Positions 1 to 10,448 of a stretch of DNA of 55,170 nt are shown piece after piece (the stretch's first letter is position 1; each line of letters begins with the position of its first letter). The DNA comes from a virus (taxonomy: Duplodnaviria > Caudoviricetes): IMG/VR virus record IMGVR_UViG_3300025607_000090, positions 1 through 55,170 of that record; one strand, given 5' to 3'. The notes under the pieces were generated by a model. That model searched no databases, was not told where the DNA came from, and saw only the letters and a list, made by a program, of their open reading frames with translations. The position numbers and the translations under genes are program-made.

Positions 1-1323
1 TTAAGCCGATGATTTATAACGAATTGTTAGCTCGCTACAAAAAACTTGGTCTTGTAATGGTCTCACAGGAACCGAAAACCCTAACATTTGGCTTACCATA
101 GCCGCCATGTTAGGTGTTTCTTCCGACATCCATTTACCATAATGATCTTCTATCATTTTCGTTGTGGTATGACCGAGTTGAGTAGCCAACCATTCTTTTG
201 GAACCCCCTTAGTTAATAACTGACTTGCATATGTATGTCTAGCATTATTAGGCGGTCTATATCGAACACCCGATTCTTTGCATATTGTGTTAAAAAAACG
301 ATCTCTATATTGCATATCAGATGCCATCGGCTTTTGACTACGCGTATTGATCAATATTAACCTTAATTTCTCAGATCTAAATGATTTATTATCTTTTTGT
401 AAAATTGTTATTTCTACTGGTGGCAGCATCGATGTAAGCGCCATTAATTTCATTAGCACCCATCGCGCCGGTTCTAGCAAATCTATTTCACGGTTTCTGC
501 TTTCTTCTTTCGGTGTTTTGTAGCTACCTTGAACATTGGCGCGCCTGACTTTTAATCGCCACCTTTCTTTATCAAAATCTTCCCAAGCAACACCTAGCAA
601 TTCAGAAACACTCAATCCAGTCCAGCAAGCTAGTTCAAAACATAACAATTCGGTAATTCGATCTGTTTGGACGGTAACAAGGCGATAAATCTCATTCTGA
701 GTAAATGGATCGGGAGCATCCTTAACCGTTTTTAAATTATTAATCCTCGCGGTTGGATCCTTATTAATCACTTCATCTTGAAAGGCGTCACCCATCACGC
801 CGCGAACTATTGTCATAATGTCATTGATAGTTTTATTTGAGTAGGCGCAACTGTCTGCGTTATTCCATAATTCGACATTAATCCAGTGCTCTAGATCTGA
901 TTTTTTTATTTCATCTAAATATAAATGGCCCCACTTAGGGCGAACGTGATTAATAACTTTACTGTTGTAGCTGCGATATGTCGCTGGCGCTGTTTTCGAT
1001 TTCTTTACAGCAAGCCACTTATCCAGGCAGTCACTAAATAAGTGTTTACCTGGTCTATCAGAAAATTGCCTCGCAATTTTACTGTTTGGAAAATGAGCCG
1101 CGTAATCAAAAGTTCCTTTATCGATTTCATTAAGTATCGCTGCTCTTTTATTGGCTGCGAACTTTAAATTACTTTTAGATAGCGAGGTACCTTTGAGGGT
1201 CTCGTTGCGCTGGGCGCCGTAGAAGTAGAATCGAATTCTAATTACTTCTCCTCGAACCTCAACGCCCTTTAGCCGGTGATCTTTAATGTACTGCCTGAAC
1301 TCAGCTAGCTTCTTGGTATCCAT
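1..1323 (-). CDS. int: Tyrosine recombinase phage integrase with N-terminal arm-binding domain
   Basis: RHTYAS, LGH and catalytic Y (HYGKW) motifs; N-terminal IRIRFYF...FDYAAHFPNS arm-binding signature; the usual TGLR Arg reads TGLS. Confidence 0.93.
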   Translation of the reverse strand: MDTKKLAEFRQYIKDHRLKGVEVRGEVIRIRFYFYGAQRNETLKGTSLSKSNLKFAANKRAAILNEIDKGTFDYAAHFPNSKIARQFSDRPGKHLFSDCLDKWLAVKKSKTAPATYRSYNSKVINHVRPKWGHLYLDEIKKSDLEHWINVELWNNADSCAYSNKTINDIMTIVRGVMGDAFQDEVINKDPTARINNLKTVKDAPDPFTQNEIYRLVTVQTDRITELLCFELACWTGLSVSELLGVAWEDFDKERWRLKVRRANVQGSYKTPKEESRNREIDLLEPARWVLMKLMALTSMLPPVEITILQKDNKSFRSEKLRLILINTRSQKPMASDMQYRDRFFNTICKESGVRYRPPNNARHTYASQLLTKGVPKEWLATQLGHTTTKMIEDHYGKWMSEETPNMAAMVSQMLGFSVPVRPLQDQVFCSELTIRYKSSA

Positions 1324-1510
1324 TTATAACCCAGTCATCCATTGCTTCAAAATTGTAGAACAGTTTACCGTTGGGTGCTTTTTTCCAATGCTTCCCCTCG
1401 ACTAACTTACCAGCTGTTACCATGTTTTTTAATGCGCATTCGGTAATACCTTTATGTTGCTCTACAACACCAGGTCTTACCCAGCCTAACTTTATGTATA
1501 TTGATGTCAT
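1301..1510 (-). CDS. xis: Excisionase-like protein
   Basis: 69 aa, overlaps the int start, EGKHWKKAPNGKLFYN motif typical of phage Xis. Confidence 0.75.
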   Translation of the reverse strand: MTSIYIKLGWVRPGVVEQHKGITECALKNMVTAGKLVEGKHWKKAPNGKLFYNFEAMDDWVINGYQEAS

Positions 1511-1621
1511 AATGCCTCCGCATATGAATGATTATTTATCATTAAGTAATTTTTGGAACTTTAAAAGGGCAGGCGACTGCTATCACACAGCCCGACCGTA
1601 AAGGTTTAACCTGCCGTTTTT

Positions 1622-1894
1622 TTATAAGATGCTTACGTGTTTATCTTTAGGAACAAAACACAAGTCAACAATCTCAATCGCTCCCGTATAAGCGTTTTCA
1701 CCTTTCACCGCCAATTCTTCTTTTGCTTTTTTCATAATATTAAGAATCGACATTGTTTCGTTACAGTTCAAAAACATTTTGTCAGTATATGGCATTCCAC
1801 TACCGCCTTGATGGTTGTCAAACTTAATGGCTCTATAGTTCACTAGCACTATCATTGTAATTCCTCGTAGCTTTAGCGAGCAGTCATAACTCAC
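1622..1894 (-). CDS. Hypothetical phage protein
   Basis: ORF in the leftward early operon; start uncertain. Confidence 0.5.
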   Translation of the reverse strand: MSYDCSLKLRGITMIVLVNYRAIKFDNHQGGSGMPYTDKMFLNCNETMSILNIMKKAKEELAVKGENAYTGAIEIVDLCFVPKDKHVSIL

Positions 1895-1911
1895 CGCTCA
1901 CATGGTTGTAT

Positions 1912-2478
1912 TTACAGGCTGTACATCAGCTTCGGGTACTGCTTACATAGCGGCGCGAAGGGGATATCGTCATCCCAGCCGTCATCTAAGTGTGGAGCAT
2001 GGGCCTGTTGTGGCGGTGCTTGCTGGTTTTGGTTTTGATGCCTTGCTGGTTGCTGCTGGTACCCGCCTTGCTGCTGGTGCCGTTGATAACCTCCCTGTTG
2101 GGGAGCTTGACCATTTTGGCTTTGATTCCGCGAGCCAAGCATTTGCATCACACCATTAAAACCTTGTACGACGACTTCGGTGGTGTAACGGTCCTGACCA
2201 CTTTGATCTTTCCATTTTCGAGTTTGTAATTGACCTTCGATATAAACTTGAGAGCCTTTACGTAGGTACTCGCCAGCAACTTCAGCTAGCTTTCCAAAGA
2301 TCGCAACGCGGTGCCATTCAGTTTTTTCCTTCTGCTCACCCGTCGCTTTATCACGCCATGACTCGGATGTTGCTATTGTGATGTTCGCAACCGCACCGCC
2401 ATTTGGCATGTAGCGAATCTCAGGATCTTTCCCTAAATTTCCCACGATGATTACTTTATTAACGCCTTTGCTGGCCAT
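1912..2478 (-). CDS. ssb: Single-stranded DNA-binding protein
   Basis: [22 protein letters not shown]-fold start, Q-rich linker, DDDIPF followed by a short extension. Confidence 0.97.
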   Translation of the reverse strand: MASKGVNKVIIVGNLGKDPEIRYMPNGGAVANITIATSESWRDKATGEQKEKTEWHRVAIFGKLAEVAGEYLRKGSQVYIEGQLQTRKWKDQSGQDRYTTEVVVQGFNGVMQMLGSRNQSQNGQAPQQGGYQRHQQQGGYQQQPARHQNQNQQAPPQQAHAPHLDDGWDDDIPFAPLCKQYPKLMYSL

Positions 2479-2512
2479 GGTGTTTCCTTGTTTTATTAAT
2501 GCATTTACCTAC

Positions 2513-2533
2513 AAAGCCGCGGTAAGCGGCTTT
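2513..2533 (-). terminator. Rho-independent terminator-like hairpin
   Basis: AAAGCCGC-GGTAA-GCGGCTTT inverted repeat in the intergenic gap. Confidence 0.6.
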
Positions 2534-2546
2534 ACGCTCCCGCTAT

Positions 2547-3235
2547 CTAATATTCAGATACGTAGATACTTTCGAATTCGGTACATGAACAATCAATATC
2601 AGCTCTCACTGCGTACAATCTGAAGAAGTAGCGAGCTAGTTCTCCGGCGTGGGTGATTCCGTCAATTGAATGGGTCATTCGAGTATCATTTTGAGAAATG
2701 TAACCGATGTGGAAATGCTCATCCCTGCTAAATTTGTAAAAAGTAACCTTAATGTCGTACCAGTCATATTCAGGATGTTTGAAGGTGACATAAAGAGCTT
2801 CACCATTATCGCTTTCGCAAACCTCGATTTCGATTTCTTCCTTGCCGTGCTCTCTGGCAGTATCCCCCATTCTTTTTGAACCTCATCAAGAATGTTCTGT
2901 ACTGTTTGGACGCCTTGAATAGCTTCGAGGTCTTCTTCAATTAACTTGGTCACGTTATTTAACGTTTGATCATGTAACGCTTCGGTGAAGCGGCCTTTAA
3001 CTACGCCTGCTATAAAGGAGTTGTATTCAGGCAGCTGTATGTCTCTGGCCGCCGCACCTATTGAACTTGATATTTTTTCACTCAACGCTTTACCGAAATC
3101 ACTGTAAGAGCGAAATGAATCATTTACAGCGGATGCAATGGACTCTTTTAGCTTTTCTTCGATCATTTTTTCCAACGTACCATCTGTGATCATTGCTTCG
3201 GTTTTTTGCGCGACTAATTCTTTAATTTCTAACAT
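2547..3235 (-). pseudogene. Hypothetical phage protein split by a 1-nt frameshift at a G5 run (ORFs 2675-3235 and 2547-2870)
   Basis: Adding one G at 2864-2868 joins ...VQKEWG to DTAREHGKEEIEIEV..., giving a single ORF of about 229 aa. Confidence 0.6.
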
Positions 3236-3323
3236 TATTATTTCCTTAAATAAATTTTATTTAACTGATTTGAACTGAGCCCAGCGAAGCTGTTTTTCTT
3301 GTTCTGCTGGGCGTGTTGGCCTG

Positions 3324-4223
3324 CTACGCTGCGACTCGTTCTGTTCCTTTCGGTGTTTTGTCGAGAAATTCAACGAGGCCGTCGATAATGCCAATAATCA
3401 ATTCAAGCTCTAGTTCTTGTTGTGCAATGTCGCGCTCGTTAATATCGTCATACTCATCATCTACCTGATCAGTCAGGTAGCTATCAACTTTAATTGACTT
3501 GATTTTGAATGAGTCGGTTAGGTCGAACGTTAGGCCGTCCCGTCGAAGCGTTACTAGCTCAACCCCAAATCCGTCACTGATTAGTTCAGCAATATGATCT
3601 AGTGTGTATTCTCCATTAAATTTGGCCTTACCATTGTTACTGTGGGAAAGATTGAGCTTGTCGGCATAAGAGAAACCAGCAAAACCTAAATCTTCGCCGC
3701 GCTGTATGCTTTGAAGCAAATTCTCAGCGAGGCCATTTGATACACCGTCAATATGCAATGTAGTGGTTTTTAATGAGCCAAATAATTTAAGTAGATAAGA
3801 AACAGCAAGCCCGGCTAGTTTTTCGTTACTTACATCAATAATTAGCTTTTCAGATTTTTCATGATAATAAGCACTGAAGGCTGTCAATTCAGTTAACGCT
3901 TTGTGGCAAAAATCAACCATCACTTCTTCTTTTATCGCGGTGCGTTGCTTCTTAACTACCTCTAAACCTTTAGATTCAAGCTGTTTTACTCGCTTGGCTA
4001 CTTCTTGATTGATTGACTTGGTAGAGATCTTCTTTTCTTCAAAAACGAAGTCAATACGATAACCATTAGCTAGCTTGGTCACTGAATTGGTCGGAGCAAA
4101 GCCAAACTTGCGGAAATCTTGTGACTCGCAATCGGTAAAAATAAGGGCGGAATTTTCTTTAAGCGCTAATTCGAGCGCGGCGATTGGTGCGATAATTGTG
4201 CTGAAGGTGTGAATGTTTTTCAT
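3324..4223 (-). CDS. rdgC: Recombination-associated protein RdgC-like
   Basis: 299 aa with FGFAP, EEKKI...INQEV...IKEEV motifs; located in the phage recombination region. Confidence 0.8.
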   Translation of the reverse strand: MKNIHTFSTIIAPIAALELALKENSALIFTDCESQDFRKFGFAPTNSVTKLANGYRIDFVFEEKKISTKSINQEVAKRVKQLESKGLEVVKKQRTAIKEEVMVDFCHKALTELTAFSAYYHEKSEKLIIDVSNEKLAGLAVSYLLKLFGSLKTTTLHIDGVSNGLAENLLQSIQRGEDLGFAGFSYADKLNLSHSNNGKAKFNGEYTLDHIAELISDGFGVELVTLRRDGLTFDLTDSFKIKSIKVDSYLTDQVDDEYDDINERDIAQQELELELIIGIIDGLVEFLDKTPKGTERVAA

Positions 4224-4269
4224 AGTCGTTCTCCAATAAATTTGAAATAAATAGCTTTCGGCTTCACGG

Positions 4270-4506
4270 TTACGCAGCCAATTCCTGCTGCAGTTTGCAA
4301 CTTAGTTGACGTTGCTTCTTCATGTGAAACTCACAACGCTCGATGCCAAATTGGCAGTGATATTCAGCTTCCACACGGCACAGTGACAATGCTTTAAGCC
4401 ACGCCACCTTCGCATCTAAATATTTATATTGCTGTTCTAACTGGATAGCTTGGTTTGCAAATCGCTTAGCTTCTTGTCGATCAACTGATTTAATTGTTTT
4501 TTTCAT
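4270..4506 (-). CDS. Small phage protein (ANR-like putative regulator)
   Basis: A..A..LE....Y..A...W.KA pattern; coupled to neighbouring genes. Confidence 0.5.
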   Translation of the reverse strand: MKKTIKSVDRQEAKRFANQAIQLEQQYKYLDAKVAWLKALSLCRVEAEYHCQFGIERCEFHMKKQRQLSCKLQQELAA

Positions 4507-5135
4507 TATGCTGCTGCCTTTTCTGCAATAAGTTTTGGCTGTGACTTTCTTTTAGCAATGCCACGATAAAAGTCTATGTACTGAGTTTGCTCGAAGTAGC
4601 CCGGTTCAAAAACAACGAAACAACTAGCGAAATTAACGCCTGATTTCTTTGTTTTTCCGTCAGTTTCGTAAAAGTTATAACGACCATCAGGTAAATAAAC
4701 TCGCGATGCCTGGTTGTGTATGTTCTTACGCCACCAAGTCGTATTTCGTTCGTATGGGAGTAACATCACAACCGGAATTTTGTTACCAACAGCCCTACAT
4801 ATATCAATAAACTCAAACTTGTTATCAAATGGTGGGTTACACCAAATTGCTGATTGTCGTAGGCTAGGGCGAATTGTGATTACGCTTCTAGCAAATTTAT
4901 CTTCAATTAGAGCGAGTTCTTGAACCCAATCAACAGTAAGTGCATTTTTGTATGCGCCATATTCAAAACCGTCAGGGCTAAGAAAGTTTGCGCATTTAGC
5001 CGTTGCTGTTTCAGCGCACGCATCGAGCATGAAAGCAAAGCCGGTTAACGCTTTAGCGTCGTTAATGCAATCCCATTGTGTTGCCCAGCGATTTTTATTC
5101 GACTTAGGCGTTTTACTTTTGATTAACTTGGCCAT
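4506..5135 (-). CDS. Phage DNA N6-adenine methyltransferase (Dam-like)
   Basis: W.T, LDACA and WCNPPF catalytic motif. Confidence 0.88.
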   Translation of the reverse strand: MAKLIKSKTPKSNKNRWATQWDCINDAKALTGFAFMLDACAETATAKCANFLSPDGFEYGAYKNALTVDWVQELALIEDKFARSVITIRPSLRQSAIWCNPPFDNKFEFIDICRAVGNKIPVVMLLPYERNTTWWRKNIHNQASRVYLPDGRYNFYETDGKTKKSGVNFASCFVVFEPGYFEQTQYIDFYRGIAKRKSQPKLIAEKAAA

Positions 5136-5281
5136 TACGCCACCTCAGTCATTTGTTCTACTACACGCTTAGCTTGCGCCTGTTTGGATGCTAACTTGTG
5201 ACTGGTTGTTTGAGTCATTGCATAAAACAACCTTGCTCGTAACTGGCTACCATTCTTCTTTTTCGCTCTAAACTTCTTCAT
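5135..5281 (-). CDS. Small basic protein (48 aa, below the ORF-track cutoff)
   Basis: AAGGA RBS; MKKFRAKKKNGSQLRAR...TEVA; stop overlaps the methylase ATG. Confidence 0.55.
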   Translation of the reverse strand: MKKFRAKKKNGSQLRARLFYAMTQTTSHKLASKQAQAKRVVEQMTEVA

Positions 5282-5389
5282 TGTAATTCCTTAAAAAGGG
5301 CGGGTAGGGTAAGTACCCGCCAAAAGTCCAAGAGAACTGGGATGACGTTGACCGCCCAGCGCGGATGGAAACCTCAACGCCAAGGTAAT

Positions 5390-7255
5390 TTAAGCGGCTT
5401 GAGCTTCGGCCAACCGAGCTTCTAATTGAGCAATTTCACGCTTCGTTAGATCTTCGGCCTGACGAGTATCAGCGTAAGGCAGTGATTTTTTAGCCAGGGC
5501 TATTTGCTCTTTAAGTGACTGAACTTGAGGATTGACAATAGCGACGCGGCTTACTTCAATTTTAAGCTCGTAGCGATTGCCGCTTTCGTCATAAAGAAGT
5601 TCACCAAATGAATTTTCACCGAAGATAGATGACAACTCTTGCATCATTGATACATTGTCAGTGCTAGACGATAGTGATTTAGCTTCAAAAGTCGGTATTG
5701 ATGTTTTCATCGCCGCGAGTGTAGGGGCTATGCTCGCCATCGTTTTAGCGATTGGTTGATTCTGCTTGAGTGTTTCAACCACGGGAGTTTGTTCACGTTG
5801 CTGCGCCGCTTGAGCTTCGTTAGCCAAGCGAACGCGCTCAGCTTCGGCATCGTGTTTAGCCTTTAAATCTGCGTTTATGCGATCCTGTTCAGCTTTTACT
5901 TCTAAATCGGCTTTAACCTTTGCCTTGCGTTCTTCTTCAAGGCGCATTTGTTCACGCTCTTGCTCTAAACGTGCTTTTTCTGCCTCAAGATGAGCATCGA
6001 CTCGCGATTTTACTGTCATGCGGAAGTGATCTGGCTCTTGAATAACAATATGGGCAATATCGTTAAACAAGAATTTGTAATCGGCGGCTATTTCTTCAAC
6101 TACTGCCAAGTTAGTTGAGTATTTGGCAAAGGTTGCATCAGCTTCAATTTTGCATTTTGCTAGATGGTCATTAGCTGCGCTATGGATTGACTCAACCGTG
6201 CGCTTGCCTTTGATTGCGCTGACAAAATCACTATCAACCATTACAGTAACGATACCGTTTAGCTTCTCATTCAGCTCACCAAGGTAGAAGTCAAGTTCAT
6301 TATGTGCGGCAGTAGTGATCTCTGTTTTAACTTCTGTTTTACGCAGCTTAACCGTCTTATCAAGTGACAGACGTTTTTGACGCATTTCTTCTTTTAAAAG
6401 ATCTAACTCAGCGAACAGGGTTTTGATATCAGCGGTGCTATCAAGGGCGCGTTGCTTTACCGCTTCAATTTCTTTTTCTGCTTTGGTACAAAACTTAACG
6501 ATGTTTTCAGCATCGGCAAAGTCTTGATCCGTTTGCAAGTTGGTATTGATGTTCTGGATGAACTCCAAAACGTTTTGCTTGTAAACAACCAAGTTACTGC
6601 TATTTACTTGGCCAGTTAGTTCAACCATCAACGCTGGCAATTCAGTCACATTCGTACCAACAACCTTTTCAACCTTGGCTTTTACTTCGTAATTAGCCAG
6701 GTCTTTTTCAAACTGGGCCCAGCCAGCAATTAAGAATTCACGGCGTTCTGGAATAGATCGGTATTCCATGCGCTCCATGTTTTCTGTAGTACCATTACTG
6801 GTAACAAAGATTGCCTTTTCGGCACCTGAAACTAGTAACTGTTGCTCTAATTGCCAGTAGTAGTGAGGCTCAAGAATAGAGTGGCGAACATTGTCAGCAA
6901 GCGCAGCGTTGTAAAGCTTATGCTCGAAGGCTATATCTTCAAGTAGCGTTAACCCGTCAAAACTTGCCAGTAGTTTGGTATTTTCAAGAATGCCAGTAAC
7001 AGGATATAAATCTTCCCCGATTAGCCCCTCAATAATAGGTCGCGCCATTTCTTCTGTTGCATGACCTTTATCAAAAATAGTCTGCTGATAAGAGCTGACA
7101 GGCTTAACTTCGCCCGTTGCTTTCATGTGAAGCAGTTGATCACGACTCATGTATTTTGAGTCATTCATCATTGCTGGCGCCTCGCTAGCAGTGAAATGTG
7201 TTGCGCGTAGCTCTAACCAGGCTGCGCTTCCTTGGATTACGTTGATAATTTTCAT
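5390..7255 (-). CDS. YqaJ-like viral recombination exonuclease with long coiled-coil C-terminus
   Basis: QGSAAWLELR, TASEA, ASFDG, FEHK and YYWQLEQQL motifs. Confidence 0.92.
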   Translation of the reverse strand: MKIINVIQGSAAWLELRATHFTASEAPAMMNDSKYMSRDQLLHMKATGEVKPVSSYQQTIFDKGHATEEMARPIIEGLIGEDLYPVTGILENTKLLASFDGLTLLEDIAFEHKLYNAALADNVRHSILEPHYYWQLEQQLLVSGAEKAIFVTSNGTTENMERMEYRSIPERREFLIAGWAQFEKDLANYEVKAKVEKVVGTNVTELPALMVELTGQVNSSNLVVYKQNVLEFIQNINTNLQTDQDFADAENIVKFCTKAEKEIEAVKQRALDSTADIKTLFAELDLLKEEMRQKRLSLDKTVKLRKTEVKTEITTAAHNELDFYLGELNEKLNGIVTVMVDSDFVSAIKGKRTVESIHSAANDHLAKCKIEADATFAKYSTNLAVVEEIAADYKFLFNDIAHIVIQEPDHFRMTVKSRVDAHLEAEKARLEQEREQMRLEEERKAKVKADLEVKAEQDRINADLKAKHDAEAERVRLANEAQAAQQREQTPVVETLKQNQPIAKTMASIAPTLAAMKTSIPTFEAKSLSSSTDNVSMMQELSSIFGENSFGELLYDESGNRYELKIEVSRVAIVNPQVQSLKEQIALAKKSLPYADTRQAEDLTKREIAQLEARLAEAQAA

Positions 7256-8094
7256 GCTGCCACTCCTTGAATTATTTGAACTTGCTGATCACTTAATGGA
7301 TATTTACTGCTAGCTTTGGCGATAACATCATTAGCCGTTAGCTTTCCGCTTTGAATGGCACCGGCCCACTTAGGTAAGTTGGCGTCAAATTGATCTTGTG
7401 GGTATTCGTTAACGACTTCAGGTGCTGGATTGATTTCTTTTTCCATAGGAGCGTGGCTATCAGTTTCAAAGTGCTTACCCTCCATTTCGTCAATGGTTGG
7501 TTCGTTGCCGATTTCCGGCCATGCTTTACGTAACGCTTGAGCTTCGGCACATTTTGCGATCTGGCCAAAAGGGCGCTTCTTCCACATTGAATTCGGGGCG
7601 TCTGTTCCTGCTTTTTGGATGGCGTAATTTTCTATCCAGTATTCTTTGGCAACGAACGCAACAATATTTCCACCAACAACTTTGCGAACGGTGTACTTGC
7701 ACCACTCTGGATATTTAATGCTAAACGCTTTGTTATAAGCGTCTGTTCCTTCCATTGTGATGATAGGGCCAAACTCGGGTTCGTCAGCACCAGCGTAGTT
7801 ACCTGAGCGATCAGCTTGAATGCGATACAAGCCAATGCCGGGCATAACAACATCGCGCCATGCCTTTTGATTGGTCTGTGCGTCTTTGACATTCATTGGC
7901 ACTAAATGAACTGGCTTTAACATGACGTCTAGGCCGCGTGCGGCGCAATAATCGATTGCCATAACAACTGAGTCAGGCTTTGCACCAGGATAAATAGTAG
8001 AAAGTAGCGCGTTCCATTTTGGCTCGTCGATACCGCGGCTAACCAAATACGGATTGGCCTGCTCAAATGTTTGAAGTTGAGTTGACTGATTCAT
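7252..8094 (-). CDS. bet: Bet/RecT single-strand annealing protein
   Basis: GIGLYRIQA, WKKRPFGQIAKCAEAQALRKAWP motifs; paired with the exonuclease. Confidence 0.92.
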   Translation of the reverse strand: MNQSTQLQTFEQANPYLVSRGIDEPKWNALLSTIYPGAKPDSVVMAIDYCAARGLDVMLKPVHLVPMNVKDAQTNQKAWRDVVMPGIGLYRIQADRSGNYAGADEPEFGPIITMEGTDAYNKAFSIKYPEWCKYTVRKVVGGNIVAFVAKEYWIENYAIQKAGTDAPNSMWKKRPFGQIAKCAEAQALRKAWPEIGNEPTIDEMEGKHFETDSHAPMEKEINPAPEVVNEYPQDQFDANLPKWAGAIQSGKLTANDVIAKASSKYPLSDQQVQIIQGVAA

Positions 8095-8096
8095 GA

Positions 8097-8468
8097 TTAG
8101 CCCTCCAACTTAACGATGCCGGACCAATCACCACCAACTTCGCCAACGAATGAGACTTCACCGCGATTGTTCATGTTAAATTCAAGATTACAGCGTCTAA
8201 AGTTTGAACCGGTCAAGGAAATTACGTGTTCTGACTCACTATTGATGGCGACATTTGCTACTACGTTAACGCGCTGTAGTGCCGCTTTAGCTTCACACTG
8301 AGCCTTAATAAGTGTTTCTTGCAGGAATTTAACAGACTGATACTTGGTGTTAAAATCGAATAATGCATTATCGAACGCGAAGTAGTTTGCCATGATAGGC
8401 CGACGTACTATTACTAATGGTAGCGATTGTGGTTGTAACTGATGTTGTGACATAATAACTTTCTCCAT
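8097..8468 (-). CDS. Hypothetical phage protein, first long ORF of the PL operon
   Basis: ORF coupled to bet. Confidence 0.55.
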   Translation of the reverse strand: MEKVIMSQHQLQPQSLPLVIVRRPIMANYFAFDNALFDFNTKYQSVKFLQETLIKAQCEAKAALQRVNVVANVAINSESEHVISLTGSNFRRCNLEFNMNNRGEVSFVGEVGGDWSGIVKLEG

Positions 8469-8622
8469 TTAACGCTGCTTGTGCCTTGGACAGTTTGGGC
8501 GGCGTTGGGGTTAGGGCGGCTTAGGTCGCCCGTTTCACTTCTTTTAGTTTTATCTTCTCACCAAACAAACCAACTTGATATTTGTTCCGCTTAGGGACTA
8601 ATTGGGTTGTTTTGATGAATAA

Positions 8623-8674
8623 AGTTTAGAACACTAAACCGCGTTAAGTCAACATAAAGTTTAGTTTATTAAAC
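8623..8674 (-). promoter_or_regulatory. PL promoter with two CI operators (OL)
   Basis: GTTTAG-N4-CTAAAC at 8624-8639 and GTTTAG-N4-TTAAAC at 8659-8674; minus-strand TTGACT-18-TAAACT; the same palindrome occurs between cI and cro. Confidence 0.8.
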
Positions 8675-9030
8675 TTCTGTTTGGTAAAATGTATATTTAG
8701 TTATTTGTGAGGAGTAAAAAGTGTCACTAACGAAAGGTTGATGCGTGATTTGATTTAGACTAAAGGGAGAGGCGCAAAAAATTACAAAATTTTGGAATGA
8801 GAATAATAGCCTGCCAACTCAAAGAGAGCCGAGATATTATGAGACTATAAAGCAGTTATTTGGCTGAGGGTATGACCAGTTGAAATCACCGCCCTAACTC
8901 GGTACAAATCAGAACAAGGTGTGTCAATTCTTTTTTTCGACAAAGGGACCGTTAGAGAATGGGGTCCGGTGCAATAATAATATCAGCTCAGGACACGCAA
9001 AGTGGTTCTGACATATTTGCTCCCGGAGGG

Positions 9031-9111
9031 ATCTAACACCTCACTAAGGAGTGTATATTAAGTTGTAGCACTACAATCTGGCTGTTATAGTTTTTTTAGT
9101 TTATGTTATTG
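9031..9111 (-). repeat. attC-like integron cassette site (left array, degenerate)
   Basis: Minus strand: stop TAG, then CAATAAC...ACTAA...CCTTAGTGAGGTGTTAGAT (R' fits GTTRRRY). Confidence 0.55.
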
Positions 9112-9112
9112 T

Positions 9113-9739
9113 CTAACTGAGCTTTTTATGGCACATTTTACACCACTTTGTTAGCCCGTCTGGCTGCTTATCGCTGGGGAAAAAGCTCGATTTGATCCTA
9201 TTGTTTTTGCACTTTGTACAGAACTTGATGTTGCGAGGCTTCTTTTTTCTTGATTCATGACAGCTTTTACACCACTTCGAAAGCCCATCTGGTTGCTTGT
9301 CGCTATTGAAGAACGAGTTATGAGGCTGGGAACGCGAACATTTGTTACATTCCTTATATGACCGACTACTTGATGGAGAAGTTAAACTTGTTTCTTTCGG
9401 CGAGATAGTATGCTCGTGGCTAACTGAAGTTCTAGCTCTAATAGGATGGTTTAATTGTCGTGGACTCGGAATAAGCTCCTTTGCCTGATGCGTTTTAGCC
9501 GACTCAATAGTCGCATGATGACTAGGGGGAACCCAATTGTTAGCCGTCTGAGTTCCATCGCTACAGTAATTAGACTTTGAATATGTTGCTTCATTAATCA
9601 CTTTTCTCTCGATGTAACCTGTTGGAGTGTCAAATCTATCATACCGAACAGTCTTCACTCTTTCTTTCTTTGAGTTCTTATTCTCCGAAAGGTAATACCA
9701 AAAGGCTGCTATCACAGCAAATACAATTAACCATTCCAT
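9113..9739 (-). CDS. Membrane-anchored protein with two CxxC...CxxC zinc-binding repeats (cassette cargo)
   Basis: N-terminal hydrophobic helix; duplicated C.KC...SFF.SDKQPDGL.KWCK.CH unit. Confidence 0.75.
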   Translation of the reverse strand: MEWLIVFAVIAAFWYYLSENKNSKKERVKTVRYDRFDTPTGYIERKVINEATYSKSNYCSDGTQTANNWVPPSHHATIESAKTHQAKELIPSPRQLNHPIRARTSVSHEHTISPKETSLTSPSSSRSYKECNKCSRSQPHNSFFNSDKQPDGLSKWCKSCHESRKKKPRNIKFCTKCKNNRIKSSFFPSDKQPDGLTKWCKMCHKKLS

Positions 9740-10240
9740 ATTTTCTCCTACAGCATCAATGCCATTTCAATCATATCTAAGTTATTCGAATATAACAAAG
9801 TTTACACAGCCATAGAACATTTCGATTATTATTTTTACACAATTTTATGATTAAATCATAAATGGCTACTTAGTTAAGTCAAACCAGACACTTTCAAAAG
9901 AAGATTTCAAATTTAATTTGGTTGCTTTAGAGCTGAAAAAGACAAAGATCTGAGACTCGAAAATACGGTCAATTTTTTTAATACGAATATGAATCGATCA
10001 AACAGATTAGTAATGTATTAGAAGAAGTACGGCGAACTAAACAAATGGCACAAACGGATTAAAACATCCCTAAGTCATTTTTGCGCGATAGCGTGTTAGA
10101 AATTCCAAGCCAAGTCTCATGTTCCGTGAAATGTCCTTTGATCGTGACTGCATAACAAGCTCAGCTCAAGGGCGCTAACCTTAACAAAACAGACTTCTAT
10201 ATAGACAAAGAGGCTTACCTCTTTAGCGGGGGTTTGAAGT

Positions 10241-10345
10241 GGTCAAATGAGCTATGCTTCAATCGTTGATACGATGAAGTACAGCCACTTTGCGCCTAAA
10301 CATTTAGATGATGCGATCAGGCTTAACCAGTTGAACACAAATTAA
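10241..10345 (+). pseudogene. C-terminal remnant of a P2/186-like integrase
   Basis: Translates to GQMSYASIVDTMKYSHFAPKHLDDAIRLNQ, resembling the GQ.SH...GH..I..TMRYAHFAP.HL..A..LNP end of P2/186/HP1 integrases with the middle deleted. Confidence 0.7.
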
Positions 10346-10448
10346 ATAAAAACATGACGTTAGTGTTTTAACGGGGTGATTGTAACCCCATTCGCAGAGG
10401 CTAGTTTTGACTGTTCAATCAGTAGGTTGACTAGATTCGTAGCGTCAG

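Noticed and set aside
1-1323. Phage integrase as the integron integrase for the cassettes
   Set aside because: It has a phage arm-binding N-terminus and an overlapping xis, is not adjacent to any attI-like site, and I see no IntI-type signature.
9796-9820. Fourth attI-like site upstream of the 9113-9739 gene
   Set aside because: It has GTTATAT on the minus strand but lacks the GAGCA/TATACAAAT motif, and complementarity to the downstream R'' is only partial.
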